A stretch of DNA of 61,962 nucleotides, from contig JAOZGX010000114.1 of assembly GCA_026015185.1 (NCBI GenBank), positions 1 to 61,962 on the forward strand. Reading direction: 5' to 3'. Positions 29,041-37,409 of the stretch are shown one piece after another. Source of the stretch: Candidatus Bathyarchaeota archaeon. Its GTDB lineage: Archaea > Thermoproteota > Bathyarchaeia > 40CM-2-53-6 > RBG-13-38-9. Below the pieces are notes generated by a model. That model made no database searches. It saw only the letters and a list, made by a program, of their open reading frames with translations, and was not told where the DNA came from. The number at the start of each line of letters is the position of its first letter. Within the stretch, counting starts at the first letter, position 1. The translations under genes and the position numbers were made by a program.

Positions 29041-30090
29041 TTAATCTTTTAGACTCTTCTCAAAAGATTTGATCCTAGCAGGAAGAAGCTTACGTATTGG
29101 AAGATGATATGGGCACCTAGCTTCACACTCTCCACATTCAATGCATGTAGAAGCCTTGCTTTTGATATCTTGATATAGCTCCTCAAATCTAGAGGAATAA
29201 CCCATCCGTTTTAATATCGTAGCTAAATTTAATGCAAAGGATATGTTTATCTCTTGGGGGCAAGGTTGACAGTAATCGCAAGTTCTGCAGAATTGATTTC
29301 CAAGTTCAGTTTTGTCATTTTCAATAATTTCTAATTCTTCTGAACTGAGATCATAAGAACCTGATGCGATTTTTACGTTTTCCTCAACCTCATAAATGCT
29401 CATCATGCCTGGGATAACAACGTCTACATTTTCTTCTCTAAGTATATATTTTAAAGCAGTACTTGCACTGTTAAAAGCGCCTCCACCAATAGGCTTCATG
29501 ATTATATTACCAATATTCAATTTCTTGCATAAATTTAGTAATTCTTCAGCTGGTAAGGTTGATAGATAATTAAAAGGGACCTGAACTGTCTCGAATATTT
29601 GCTCTTTTATGATTTCTGTTAGAATAGATGTGTTGTGACTTGTGATTCCTATATGCCTTACCTTTCCTTCATCATGTGCTTTATACAAAGCTTCTAAGGC
29701 TCCGTTTTGTGATGTAATCTGTTCCCAAGTTTCTTTTATCGATACATTATGAAGCTGAAAGACATCTATCACATCTGTTCTAAGATCTCTTAGGCTAGTC
29801 TCAAGATCGTTTATTAGATCCTCCTTTGTCCTACCTAAAGACTTTGTTGCAAGGATTACATTATCTCGTACATTCTCTAGAGCTTTGCCGACCCTTTCTT
29901 CACTGACTGTATAACATCTGGCAGTATCAAAAAAATTGATGCCTAGATCATAGCAGTGGTTAATTACCTTAATTGCTTCCTCCTCTGAGATTCTCTGTAT
30001 TGGTATTCCACCGAAACCTAAAACATTAACTTTAATTCTAGTTTTTCCAAGAATTTTTTCTTTCAAAATCAAATCCCTTAGCGAGTACAT
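29041..30090 (-). CDS. Aldo/keto reductase with C-terminal 4Fe-4S ferredoxin domain
   Basis: GFGGIPIQR, DTARCY and LATK motifs, then CRTCDYCQPCP and CIECGECEARCP. Confidence 0.8.
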   Translation of the reverse strand: MYSLRDLILKEKILGKTRIKVNVLGFGGIPIQRISEEEAIKVINHCYDLGINFFDTARCYTVSEERVGKALENVRDNVILATKSLGRTKEDLINDLETSLRDLRTDVIDVFQLHNVSIKETWEQITSQNGALEALYKAHDEGKVRHIGITSHNTSILTEIIKEQIFETVQVPFNYLSTLPAEELLNLCKKLNIGNIIMKPIGGGAFNSASTALKYILREENVDVVIPGMMSIYEVEENVKIASGSYDLSSEELEIIENDKTELGNQFCRTCDYCQPCPQEINISFALNLATILKRMGYSSRFEELYQDIKSKASTCIECGECEARCPYHLPIRKLLPARIKSFEKSLKD

Positions 30091-30160
30091 AATTTGTTTT
30101 TTAGGGCTATTCTTTGATTAAAAAGGAAATATTTGAAAATTTTCAAAAGCTAAATAGAAA

Positions 30161-30297
30161 TGGCGCCGCCGATAGGATTCGAACCTACGACCAACGGGTT
30201 AACAGCTTCAGCCTCAACTTCTAAGTTTGGAGTTGAGTCCGCTGCTCTACCACTGAGCTGTCGCCTGCCAAAATATATCGACGGGGCAAACGGCGGC
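30161..30297 (-). tRNA. tRNA-Asn(GTT) with two introns, CCA encoded
   Basis: Manual fold: GCCGCCG/CGGCGGC acceptor, GCTC-AGTGGTA-GAGC D-arm, GTAGG-TTCGAAT-CCTAT T-arm. A 30-nt insert follows position 8. A 32-nt insert at 30/31, when removed, gives GCGGG-CTGTTAA-CCCGT. Confidence 0.7.
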
Positions 30298-30424
30298 TTC
30301 ATAACCTCGGCGGCTACTTGTTGTTCAAAAGCTTAAACTATATTTAAAGATTAATTTTTTAAAATTATTTTTATAGCGAAATGCTTTAAAATATCTGTAA
30401 AATATGAGATATCTTATTTCATAG

Positions 30425-30559
30425 GGGCCCGTAGCTCAGCATGGTTAAAACGTTAAATAACGTTTCCACAGAGAGCGACAGAAGTATTTGTTGAAGCTCA
30501 TATGCTCATTGAGCTGAGAAACCTGTTGGCCGTGGGTTCAAATCCCTCCGGGCCCACCA
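30425..30559 (+). tRNA. tRNA-Met(CAT), elongator-type, with three introns, CCA encoded
   Basis: Manual fold: GGGCCCG/CGGGCCC acceptor. The D-loop is 35 nt and implies an intron of about 24 nt containing an AACGTT hairpin. Removing 14 nt at 30/31 and 18 nt at 37/38 gives a perfect ACAGG-CTCATAA-CCTGT arm. The T-stem has one T:T mismatch. Confidence 0.7.
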
Positions 30560-30634
30560 TATTTTAGGTTCAGAACCAATACCTTTATTAGCTTTTTTAG
30601 CAAGTTCGCCTTTACATAAATAGGTCGAAATTAA

Positions 30635-30844
30635 ATGTTGTTTGATTTTATCTCTTCATGGATTTTAATAATAATTCCGTTAATGATCTGGAGTTATTTC
30701 TGGAAAATCTTAGGACTTTGGTTTTCAGCAAGAAATAATGAAAAAATTTGGTTCATAATTTTTATCTTCGTTAACCTGTTGGGAATTCTTGAACTATATT
30801 ATCTGTATTCTAGAAAATGCTGGCCATTTAAACCAAAACGATAA
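30635..30844 (+). CDS. Small two-TM membrane protein
   Basis: 69 aa, two hydrophobic helices, basic tail. Confidence 0.4.
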   Translation: MLFDFISSWILIIIPLMIWSYFWKILGLWFSARNNEKIWFIIFIFVNLLGILELYYLYSRKCWPFKPKR

Positions 30845-30911
30845 ATGTAATTTGAAATCCACAAGCGGTTAGTTTTTTATTTCATATATCTACAAAAATA
30901 ATCTGATTCCT

Positions 30912-31931
30912 TTGAATTCCAAACTTTCGCGTAGAAAATTCTTGACAGCAGGAATTGGAATTACAGCTGCAGCTGGAATAGGATATTTAAATAAAGATCA
31001 CTGGAGTCAATTTATCCAAAATATTTATGCTACAACGCCGTCCATGGCACCCGTCCCTGCTCAAACTATAGAACCCTTATCAACAACGGCTTCAGATAAA
31101 GTTGACTTAGAATTATTACTATTCCATGACTATTCTGGAGATGGAGTAAAACAGGATGATGAGCCAGTAATTAAAGATGCTAGTTTTGATGTTATGGATG
31201 AGAATGGCGAAAAGGTTCTTGAAGGAATTGAAGGAAATGGAAATGGAATTTATATATTAGATGATTTGGTAGATGGAAAAAAATATTCAATTCAAATGAC
31301 GGATACCAAATATGGATATATTTCGCTTTCGAATATCGGTTTTGTATCCGTTAATGATTACGATTTTATTGCTAATCAATATGCAGCTAGGGAATCACTT
31401 GGGTTAATGGAGGGATTTTTAACTTTACCATTTAACAAAAGGACTAGAGAATATCGTTCACGACTTTATGTCAACATCAGTCATGCTTCAAAACCAATTG
31501 ATTGGAAAGGAGGCGTACAAACATATCAGAGAGAAGATTATAAACATACAGGAACAGATCTCTTCATAAGGCAAGGAACGCCGGTCTTAGCAGCAGCACC
31601 TGGAAATATTTACTATTTCAAACATGCGAGAAATAACGGAACAGGTGGGCATCTATTAATACTTGAACATATGGATGGATATTATACGGTTTATAATCAC
31701 CTATCAGAAATTCGGAGAGGAATTTTTAGACGTGGTTTATTCACTGGCCGTGGAGAAATAATTGGGTGGTCCGGTATTGGGACAAATGGAGGTCAACATC
31801 TTCATTTCGGAGTACAAAAACCGTATAACAATGGAATTGATCCGTATAGATCACTAGTTCAAGGTTTAGGCAGTAAAGTATCTTTATGGACGAAAGATAA
31901 CGAACCTCAGTATCCAATAACAGAAGATTAG
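30912..31931 (+). CDS. Tat-exported M23 (LytM-type) metallopeptidase
   Basis: SRRKFLTAG twin-arginine signal. HTGTDL (HxxxD) and GGQHLHFGV (HxH) zinc motifs in M23 order. Confidence 0.75.
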   Translation: MNSKLSRRKFLTAGIGITAAAGIGYLNKDHWSQFIQNIYATTPSMAPVPAQTIEPLSTTASDKVDLELLLFHDYSGDGVKQDDEPVIKDASFDVMDENGEKVLEGIEGNGNGIYILDDLVDGKKYSIQMTDTKYGYISLSNIGFVSVNDYDFIANQYAARESLGLMEGFLTLPFNKRTREYRSRLYVNISHASKPIDWKGGVQTYQREDYKHTGTDLFIRQGTPVLAAAPGNIYYFKHARNNGTGGHLLILEHMDGYYTVYNHLSEIRRGIFRRGLFTGRGEIIGWSGIGTNGGQHLHFGVQKPYNNGIDPYRSLVQGLGSKVSLWTKDNEPQYPITED

Positions 31932-31977
31932 ATTATTGCTAATTAGATTGAAAAATAGAATTTGAAGTTCGGTCAAT

Positions 31978-33060
31978 TTAGAGTTGATTATTTTGATTTC
32001 TTTTAGAAAATAGAAGATATAATACAACTGCTACTAAGACAATAACTACTCCTGCTATAAAGGCCATCTCAGCTTTTCCAATGAAATACGTTTTTTGTAG
32101 TGATTCTTGGGCCATCGTCGGAGTTTCTAATGGAGCAGGTATTGGGCCGGTTTCCTCTACTATCGTAGGAGTTGGTTCAGTCACGTTTATCTGTTCGACT
32201 TGTTCCTCCAGTTCTAGTTTTCCAAAAACATTAGTTTCTTTGAGATTCCATGTTTCAATACATACTATAGTATTATCATCTGCATTTCGAGTTTCACATA
32301 CTAGCTTTACTAGGACTCCTGTTTCTCTATCCCAGTGATATGTAGCATTCCATAACCAAATCGGGTGAACTGAGCTAGAATAATGTTTGGCACGCGCACG
32401 AGCGCGTTCAAAATTTGCATAAACGCAATCTCTTTCTCCTGCCGGTGTTTCAATAAGATCAAGACCATCTAGATATACAATAGCATCACCAACCACAATT
32501 TCATTCCCTACGTCGAATTTATCAATGAAACAGATTGCGTATGTATCAGCAACTGAAGAATACCACATGCATCCACGTCCAGAAGATCTACCTTCAACAA
32601 CCGCTACGAATAAAAGTTGGTCTATTCTTGAAATTGATTCATTACCGATCAACAGAGTGCCATTTGTAATATTTACTTTCTTTCTATCAAATAGAATATC
32701 TTCTCCATAAAGAATCCAATCAGAACTAATCTCGGAGCAATAGCGTTCCTCATCAGCATTATACCATGTAATGTAATGCTCATCTGCTTTAGATGGCCAG
32801 ATCGTATTTCCCTTATCTTCCCATTTTATGATTACATAAGAACCATTTACTAAAACGATTTCATATGAGGATTCTATTTTTAATCTAATATTAACTCCTT
32901 TGTCGTTAAGGGGTGGAAAATAATATGTAAATTCTGCATCGTAAACCATTTTCGATCCCTCAAATGGAAAATTCTTGTCGTCTGCATATGCTATTGGATT
33001 TTGCAAATTTAACAATGTATAAAATAACAGCAATATAGTGATAGTATAGGTTGTCCTCAT
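31978..33060 (-). CDS. Secreted protein with C-terminal TM anchor
   Basis: Signal peptide, about 300 aa ectodomain, PT-rich linker, TM plus KRNQNNQL tail. Confidence 0.5.
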   Translation of the reverse strand: MRTTYTITILLLFYTLLNLQNPIAYADDKNFPFEGSKMVYDAEFTYYFPPLNDKGVNIRLKIESSYEIVLVNGSYVIIKWEDKGNTIWPSKADEHYITWYNADEERYCSEISSDWILYGEDILFDRKKVNITNGTLLIGNESISRIDQLLFVAVVEGRSSGRGCMWYSSVADTYAICFIDKFDVGNEIVVGDAIVYLDGLDLIETPAGERDCVYANFERARARAKHYSSSVHPIWLWNATYHWDRETGVLVKLVCETRNADDNTIVCIETWNLKETNVFGKLELEEQVEQINVTEPTPTIVEETGPIPAPLETPTMAQESLQKTYFIGKAEMAFIAGVVIVLVAVVLYLLFSKRNQNNQL

Positions 33061-33269
33061 TGATTATCACTTATTTAATATTTCTATGAATTAATTTAGA
33101 AATTAAGCTTTTTTATAGTTTTTGTCTGTGTTGTCGGAGCTGAGAAACGTAGGTTCTCTCTATAGGAAATAATCTAAAACTTGAACAATCAAAGGACGAA
33201 AATTTATTTAATCTATGCATTATTTAAAAGCAGAATTCTGGTGGTCCCACTATTTAAATAAACACTAAA

Positions 33270-34313
33270 CTACTTGTACCAATCTAAACTCTTCTCAACA
33301 TATTCTATAAAGGATACAAAGAACTCTTTAGCTTCCTTATTTATGGATGTAGATAGAATCAATTTTTTAGCTATTTTGGCATGATCTCTGGAGCAATTTT
33401 TTGCAGCATCTAATGCTCCACAATTAGCTATTATTTCTTCGATATGTTCGAGGTCTCGTAATGAACCTTTTTGAATAGAATCATGGAGGATATCTATTTG
33501 TGATTGATCCCCCATCATATAAGTATAGACAATATGCAATGGTTTCTTACTCTTCAAGATATCTCCCCCAGGCTTTCTACCATATTGCTCTTCTGTTGCA
33601 AATGTATCTATGATATCATCTTGAATATCAAAACAATAACCTATGTTCTCAGCTGCTTCTCTTAATAATTCAATATCTCTTTTTGGGGCATCAGCTAATA
33701 TGGCGCCTATTAGTAAAGAAAATTTGAATAAAGATGCTGCTCTTTTCGAAGCCATTTTGTACCATTCATCAATATCTGGCTTTTTGTACTCGAATAGAAG
33801 ATCTAAAACTTGACTCTCGTTAACCTCTTTAAATCCTTCAATAAATAAATCAGTAACATTGGATATTCTACTCAGATTATAGCCTGATTTCCTAAATGCT
33901 TTAAGAGCTAGCGAATATAGTAAATTACCAGAAAATATCGCTATGCCATTGCCAAATCTAGGATCTTTATCTTTTGAATAGATTTCGTGTATGGTTAAAG
34001 CTCCGCGTCTTAGCTCATCATTATCAACTAAATCATCATGAATTAATATAGAATGTCTAATTAGCTCAATACCTATGCTAATAGCTTTAATGTCATCATC
34101 AATTTCCTTACCAAATCCTTTATAGACTAATAGAGTACTACAGGATGCAAGACGCTTCCCGCCTCTGAATATATAATCATATAATTCTTTGTACAACTTC
34201 TCAATGAAATCATGGTATCTAGCGGATTCAACTATCTCTTTTTCCAAAAAGTCGGTCAGTTCTTTCTCTACTATCTGGCCGTATTCATCAAGAATTTTTT
34301 CCCAACTTTGCAT
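33270..34313 (-). CDS. Polyprenyl diphosphate synthase (GGPP/GFPP synthase-like)
   Basis: First DDxxD-type motif LIHDDLVDND and second FDIQDDIID. Confidence 0.85.
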   Translation of the reverse strand: MQSWEKILDEYGQIVEKELTDFLEKEIVESARYHDFIEKLYKELYDYIFRGGKRLASCSTLLVYKGFGKEIDDDIKAISIGIELIRHSILIHDDLVDNDELRRGALTIHEIYSKDKDPRFGNGIAIFSGNLLYSLALKAFRKSGYNLSRISNVTDLFIEGFKEVNESQVLDLLFEYKKPDIDEWYKMASKRAASLFKFSLLIGAILADAPKRDIELLREAAENIGYCFDIQDDIIDTFATEEQYGRKPGGDILKSKKPLHIVYTYMMGDQSQIDILHDSIQKGSLRDLEHIEEIIANCGALDAAKNCSRDHAKIAKKLILSTSINKEAKEFFVSFIEYVEKSLDWYK

Positions 34314-34480
34314 AATATTTCAACCTCAAAATAAACACTCTCAGATAAGAGCTTATTTCCTCAATTTATATGCTTAAAAAATTACTTTTGCAGCAAATAA
34401 TTGAAAAGTAGTACTACTAAGTTAAGTAGTATTTATTAATGTCCGTTATAGTTATTTGTGGGATAAGGGGTGATATGTAG

Positions 34481-34795
34481 ATGGCATTTATAGGTCCATG
34501 GGAAATCGCTCTAATACTGGCAATAGTACTAATAATATTCGGTCCAAAAAAATTGCCTGAGTTAGCCAAGTCAATGGGAGATGCACTTAAACAATATAGA
34601 GACGCATCATCAGGTAATCTTCCTTCAACTTCAGATACCCAAACCGGAGCTAAGACAAATACTGATGGTGTATTGATTGAAAATGCTAAGAAGCTTGGAA
34701 TAAAAACAGAAGGTAAAACATTAGAGCAGATCTCTGAGGAAATAGTAAAGGTTGCTCAAAAAGCATCTACTAAAAAAACAACAAAGAAAAAATAG
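34481..34795 (+). CDS. tatA: Sec-independent translocase TatA/E
   Basis: GPWEIALILAIVLIIFGPKKLPELAKSMG signature. Confidence 0.85.
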   Translation: MAFIGPWEIALILAIVLIIFGPKKLPELAKSMGDALKQYRDASSGNLPSTSDTQTGAKTNTDGVLIENAKKLGIKTEGKTLEQISEEIVKVAQKASTKKTTKKK

Positions 34796-34861
34796 TTCTC
34801 ATGCAATAAACATTCTACTGGTTTTTTATTTTTATTTAACAATCTTAGGCATGGATAGAAA

Positions 34862-35677
34862 TTGAGTGATGGAAACGAAACCACTGAATCTAGAATGTCC
34901 ATATGGGAACATCTGGGCGAATTACTTTCTAGGCTTAAAATAATACTTTTCTCTGTTTTGATTTCAGGCTTGTTAATAGGATTCTTTCCCACAAATCTTG
35001 AAGAGATACTTTCTTCATTCGATTTCTCTTCTCCAACTATCTTGAATTATACCCCATTCATATCCATCATTATGGAAAGGATGAAGTCTGATCTTCTTCC
35101 AAGCGGTGCAGAGTTGATAGCAGGAAATCTAATGGATACAGCCTACATATACTTGATACTATCGTTTATGGTTGGGATAGTGGTATGTTCCCCACTGATA
35201 GCTTATGAGCTATATACGTTCTTCAACCCAGCATTATTAAAATCTGAAAGGAAAACGATGGGAAAATATATCTTCGCATTCCTCGCTCTATTTGCATTCG
35301 GCATTGTGCTTGGCTATACAATGATATTACCTTTGACTTTTCGAATAATTATGTGGTTCATTTATACAGCTGGGGCATTGCCTTATATCAATATAAAAGA
35401 CTTCTTCATGATGGTCATAACATTGATAATGGGTTCTGGCCTTTTGTATACAGCACCGATCTTTCTTGTACTATTAGCTCAGAAAGGAATAATTACTTCA
35501 AAGCATCTAACTGATAACAGAAAGATGATCTATGTAGGTTTTCTAGTAGTAATAGCCGTTATTACTCCTGATCCTACAATAATCACTGATCTGATTATAA
35601 TGGTACCGTTTATCGCAGTCTTTGAAATGGCGATCGTATTTTCTAGAAGAGTTGAGAAAAAACCGAATAACGAATAA
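34862..35677 (+). CDS. tatC: Sec-independent translocase TatC
   Basis: MSIWEHLGELLSRLK start motif (likely true start ATG 34895), 6 TM, conserved ITPDP-type segment (VITPDPT). Confidence 0.85.
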   Translation: MSDGNETTESRMSIWEHLGELLSRLKIILFSVLISGLLIGFFPTNLEEILSSFDFSSPTILNYTPFISIIMERMKSDLLPSGAELIAGNLMDTAYIYLILSFMVGIVVCSPLIAYELYTFFNPALLKSERKTMGKYIFAFLALFAFGIVLGYTMILPLTFRIIMWFIYTAGALPYINIKDFFMMVITLIMGSGLLYTAPIFLVLLAQKGIITSKHLTDNRKMIYVGFLVVIAVITPDPTIITDLIIMVPFIAVFEMAIVFSRRVEKKPNNE

Positions 35678-35708
35678 ATTAAGTTCGCAATTCATAGACT
35701 ATTCAAAA

Positions 35709-35840
35709 CTATATGCTTACGGGTTTTTGAGTCTTTTTATATCCACAGTTTTTGCACTTAAGAATATACATGTAACTGTATTCCTTTATTGAAGCTTCTT
35801 TTACAAGATCTGCCCCACATTTCGGGCATTTATCTTCCAT
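35709..35840 (-). CDS. Small zinc-ribbon protein (43 aa), not in the ORF track
   Basis: Hand-translated: MEDKCPKCGADLVKEASIKEYSYMYILKCKNCGYKKTQKPVSI*. Two CxxC pairs. Confidence 0.35.
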   Translation of the reverse strand: MEDKCPKCGADLVKEASIKEYSYMYILKCKNCGYKKTQKPVSI

Positions 35841-35910
35841 CTCTTACTAACACCTCCGAATTAAAATTAAAAAATTGATTCAATTAGACTGAAATTATAA
35901 ATACAATTTT

Positions 35911-36132
35911 TTATTTTGAGCGGTTTTTCAAAATATAATAATGGAGTAACATTCCAATTAGAGAAACTCCTGAAATCATCATTATTAATCCACCAATTAG
36001 TTTACCAAAGGCTGTAGAAAACTGCTCTATAACTGGACCTAAATCAGTTAAACCACTAATAAACGCCAAGTACCCACTTGCAATTATTAATATGACTAAT
36101 GTTGCTATTACTACATATATTATATATCGCAT
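35911..36132 (-). CDS. Small two-TM membrane protein
   Basis: 73 aa, two hydrophobic helices. Confidence 0.35.
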   Translation of the reverse strand: MRYIIYVVIATLVILIIASGYLAFISGLTDLGPVIEQFSTAFGKLIGGLIMMISGVSLIGMLLHYYILKNRSK

Positions 36133-36234
36133 CTTATTATATCCAACAAATATTTTAGTCTTACTAAAACATGATTTTTTACTATCTGACGAGATAATTA
36201 ATTTATTCCTTTCTTATCATTTGAATTAATCCAC

Positions 36235-36597
36235 TTAAGATTTAAGATATTCTAGTATTGACGAAATTTCATCCGGTGAAAGTATTTTTTCAAATGAAGG
36301 CATACCTTCATTTAACTTACCCTTTTGTATCGCATCTCTGTCTGCATTGTATGCTAAAAGTGGAGGTGCAATACCCCCTGCCCCTTTCCTTCCATGGCAT
36401 CTCATGCAATGCTCCCTGTATGCCCTTTCGCCCTGCAATAATAAGGATTCATTGTCTGTTTCATAATTTGAATTAAGTTTTGATTCAAATCCAAGCGTTA
36501 TAAAATAATATATCCCAATCGATACAACAAGAATTATAGCAATCCAAATGAATTTACGATTAATCAAAATGAAAACACATTTTTTTAGAATTAACAA
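36235..36597 (-). CDS. Membrane-anchored mono-haem c-type cytochrome
   Basis: N-terminal TM, single CMRCH (CxxCH) haem site, downstream GMPSF (Met ligand) as in class I cytochromes c. Confidence 0.65.
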   Translation of the reverse strand: MLILKKCVFILINRKFIWIAIILVVSIGIYYFITLGFESKLNSNYETDNESLLLQGERAYREHCMRCHGRKGAGGIAPPLLAYNADRDAIQKGKLNEGMPSFEKILSPDEISSILEYLKS

Positions 36598-36638
36598 CTT
36601 ATTGAAAAAAAGCTTATTATTGGTATTAGCTCAAAAAA

Positions 36639-37238
36639 TCATAATGTTAATGGAAATCCTTCTTTCCCAACACATACAAGTCTGGTTCTTCCCAATAGAT
36701 CTTCTTTTCCTGCATTTTCATGGATGTGACCGCAAATATTCAAAAGTGGCTGCTTTTCTTCTATGAATTCTCTTATTGCTTTTGATCCCGCATGTTCACC
36801 TGAAAATGTCCTATCTAATGATGTACCGTAAGGAGGGCAATGAGTAATCAAAATAATTTTATTACTAATTCTTTTGAAATCCTGCAATATACTTTCTAAA
36901 TCATCTTCATCAAATTCAAATGGAGTATTAAATGGAGTAGGGGAAGATCCACCGCAACCACAGAATGTGTAGCTATCATAACTAAAAATTTTACCATGAA
37001 GAAACTTCCAATCATATTTTTGGCAAACAAGTTCTACCTCTTTATCAGTCTCATGATTACCGGGGACTACGAGAAGATTCTCTGCTTTTCCGATTGCATT
37101 TGCAACTTGTTCAACTCTCTCATCGAAGGTAGAAAAGTCTCCACAAAAAATTGCAAAATCAAATTTTTCTATCTCTTTTGCAATAACCTCTGCTGAATGA
37201 GTGTCTCCATGTAAATCAGAAAAAGTTATTATTTTCAT
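36639..37238 (-). CDS. Metallophosphoesterase (calcineurin-like)
   Basis: SDLHGD, GDF, GNHE, THCPP and GHIHE motifs in order. Confidence 0.8.
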   Translation of the reverse strand: MKIITFSDLHGDTHSAEVIAKEIEKFDFAIFCGDFSTFDERVEQVANAIGKAENLLVVPGNHETDKEVELVCQKYDWKFLHGKIFSYDSYTFCGCGGSSPTPFNTPFEFDEDDLESILQDFKRISNKIILITHCPPYGTSLDRTFSGEHAGSKAIREFIEEKQPLLNICGHIHENAGKEDLLGRTRLVCVGKEGFPLTL

Positions 37239-37409
37239 ATTTCAGTTTCAACTGCAAAGCTTAGCTATATAGATTCTCTTCTAAATATTTATTCATAATA
37301 GCGCGCGCACTTAAATCGCTGTGAAATATCAAACAAAAAATATATTAGATTTATTTGAATGTCATTTGGTCTTATTTCAATATATACTAATTGAACAGTG
37401 TAGAGAAAT

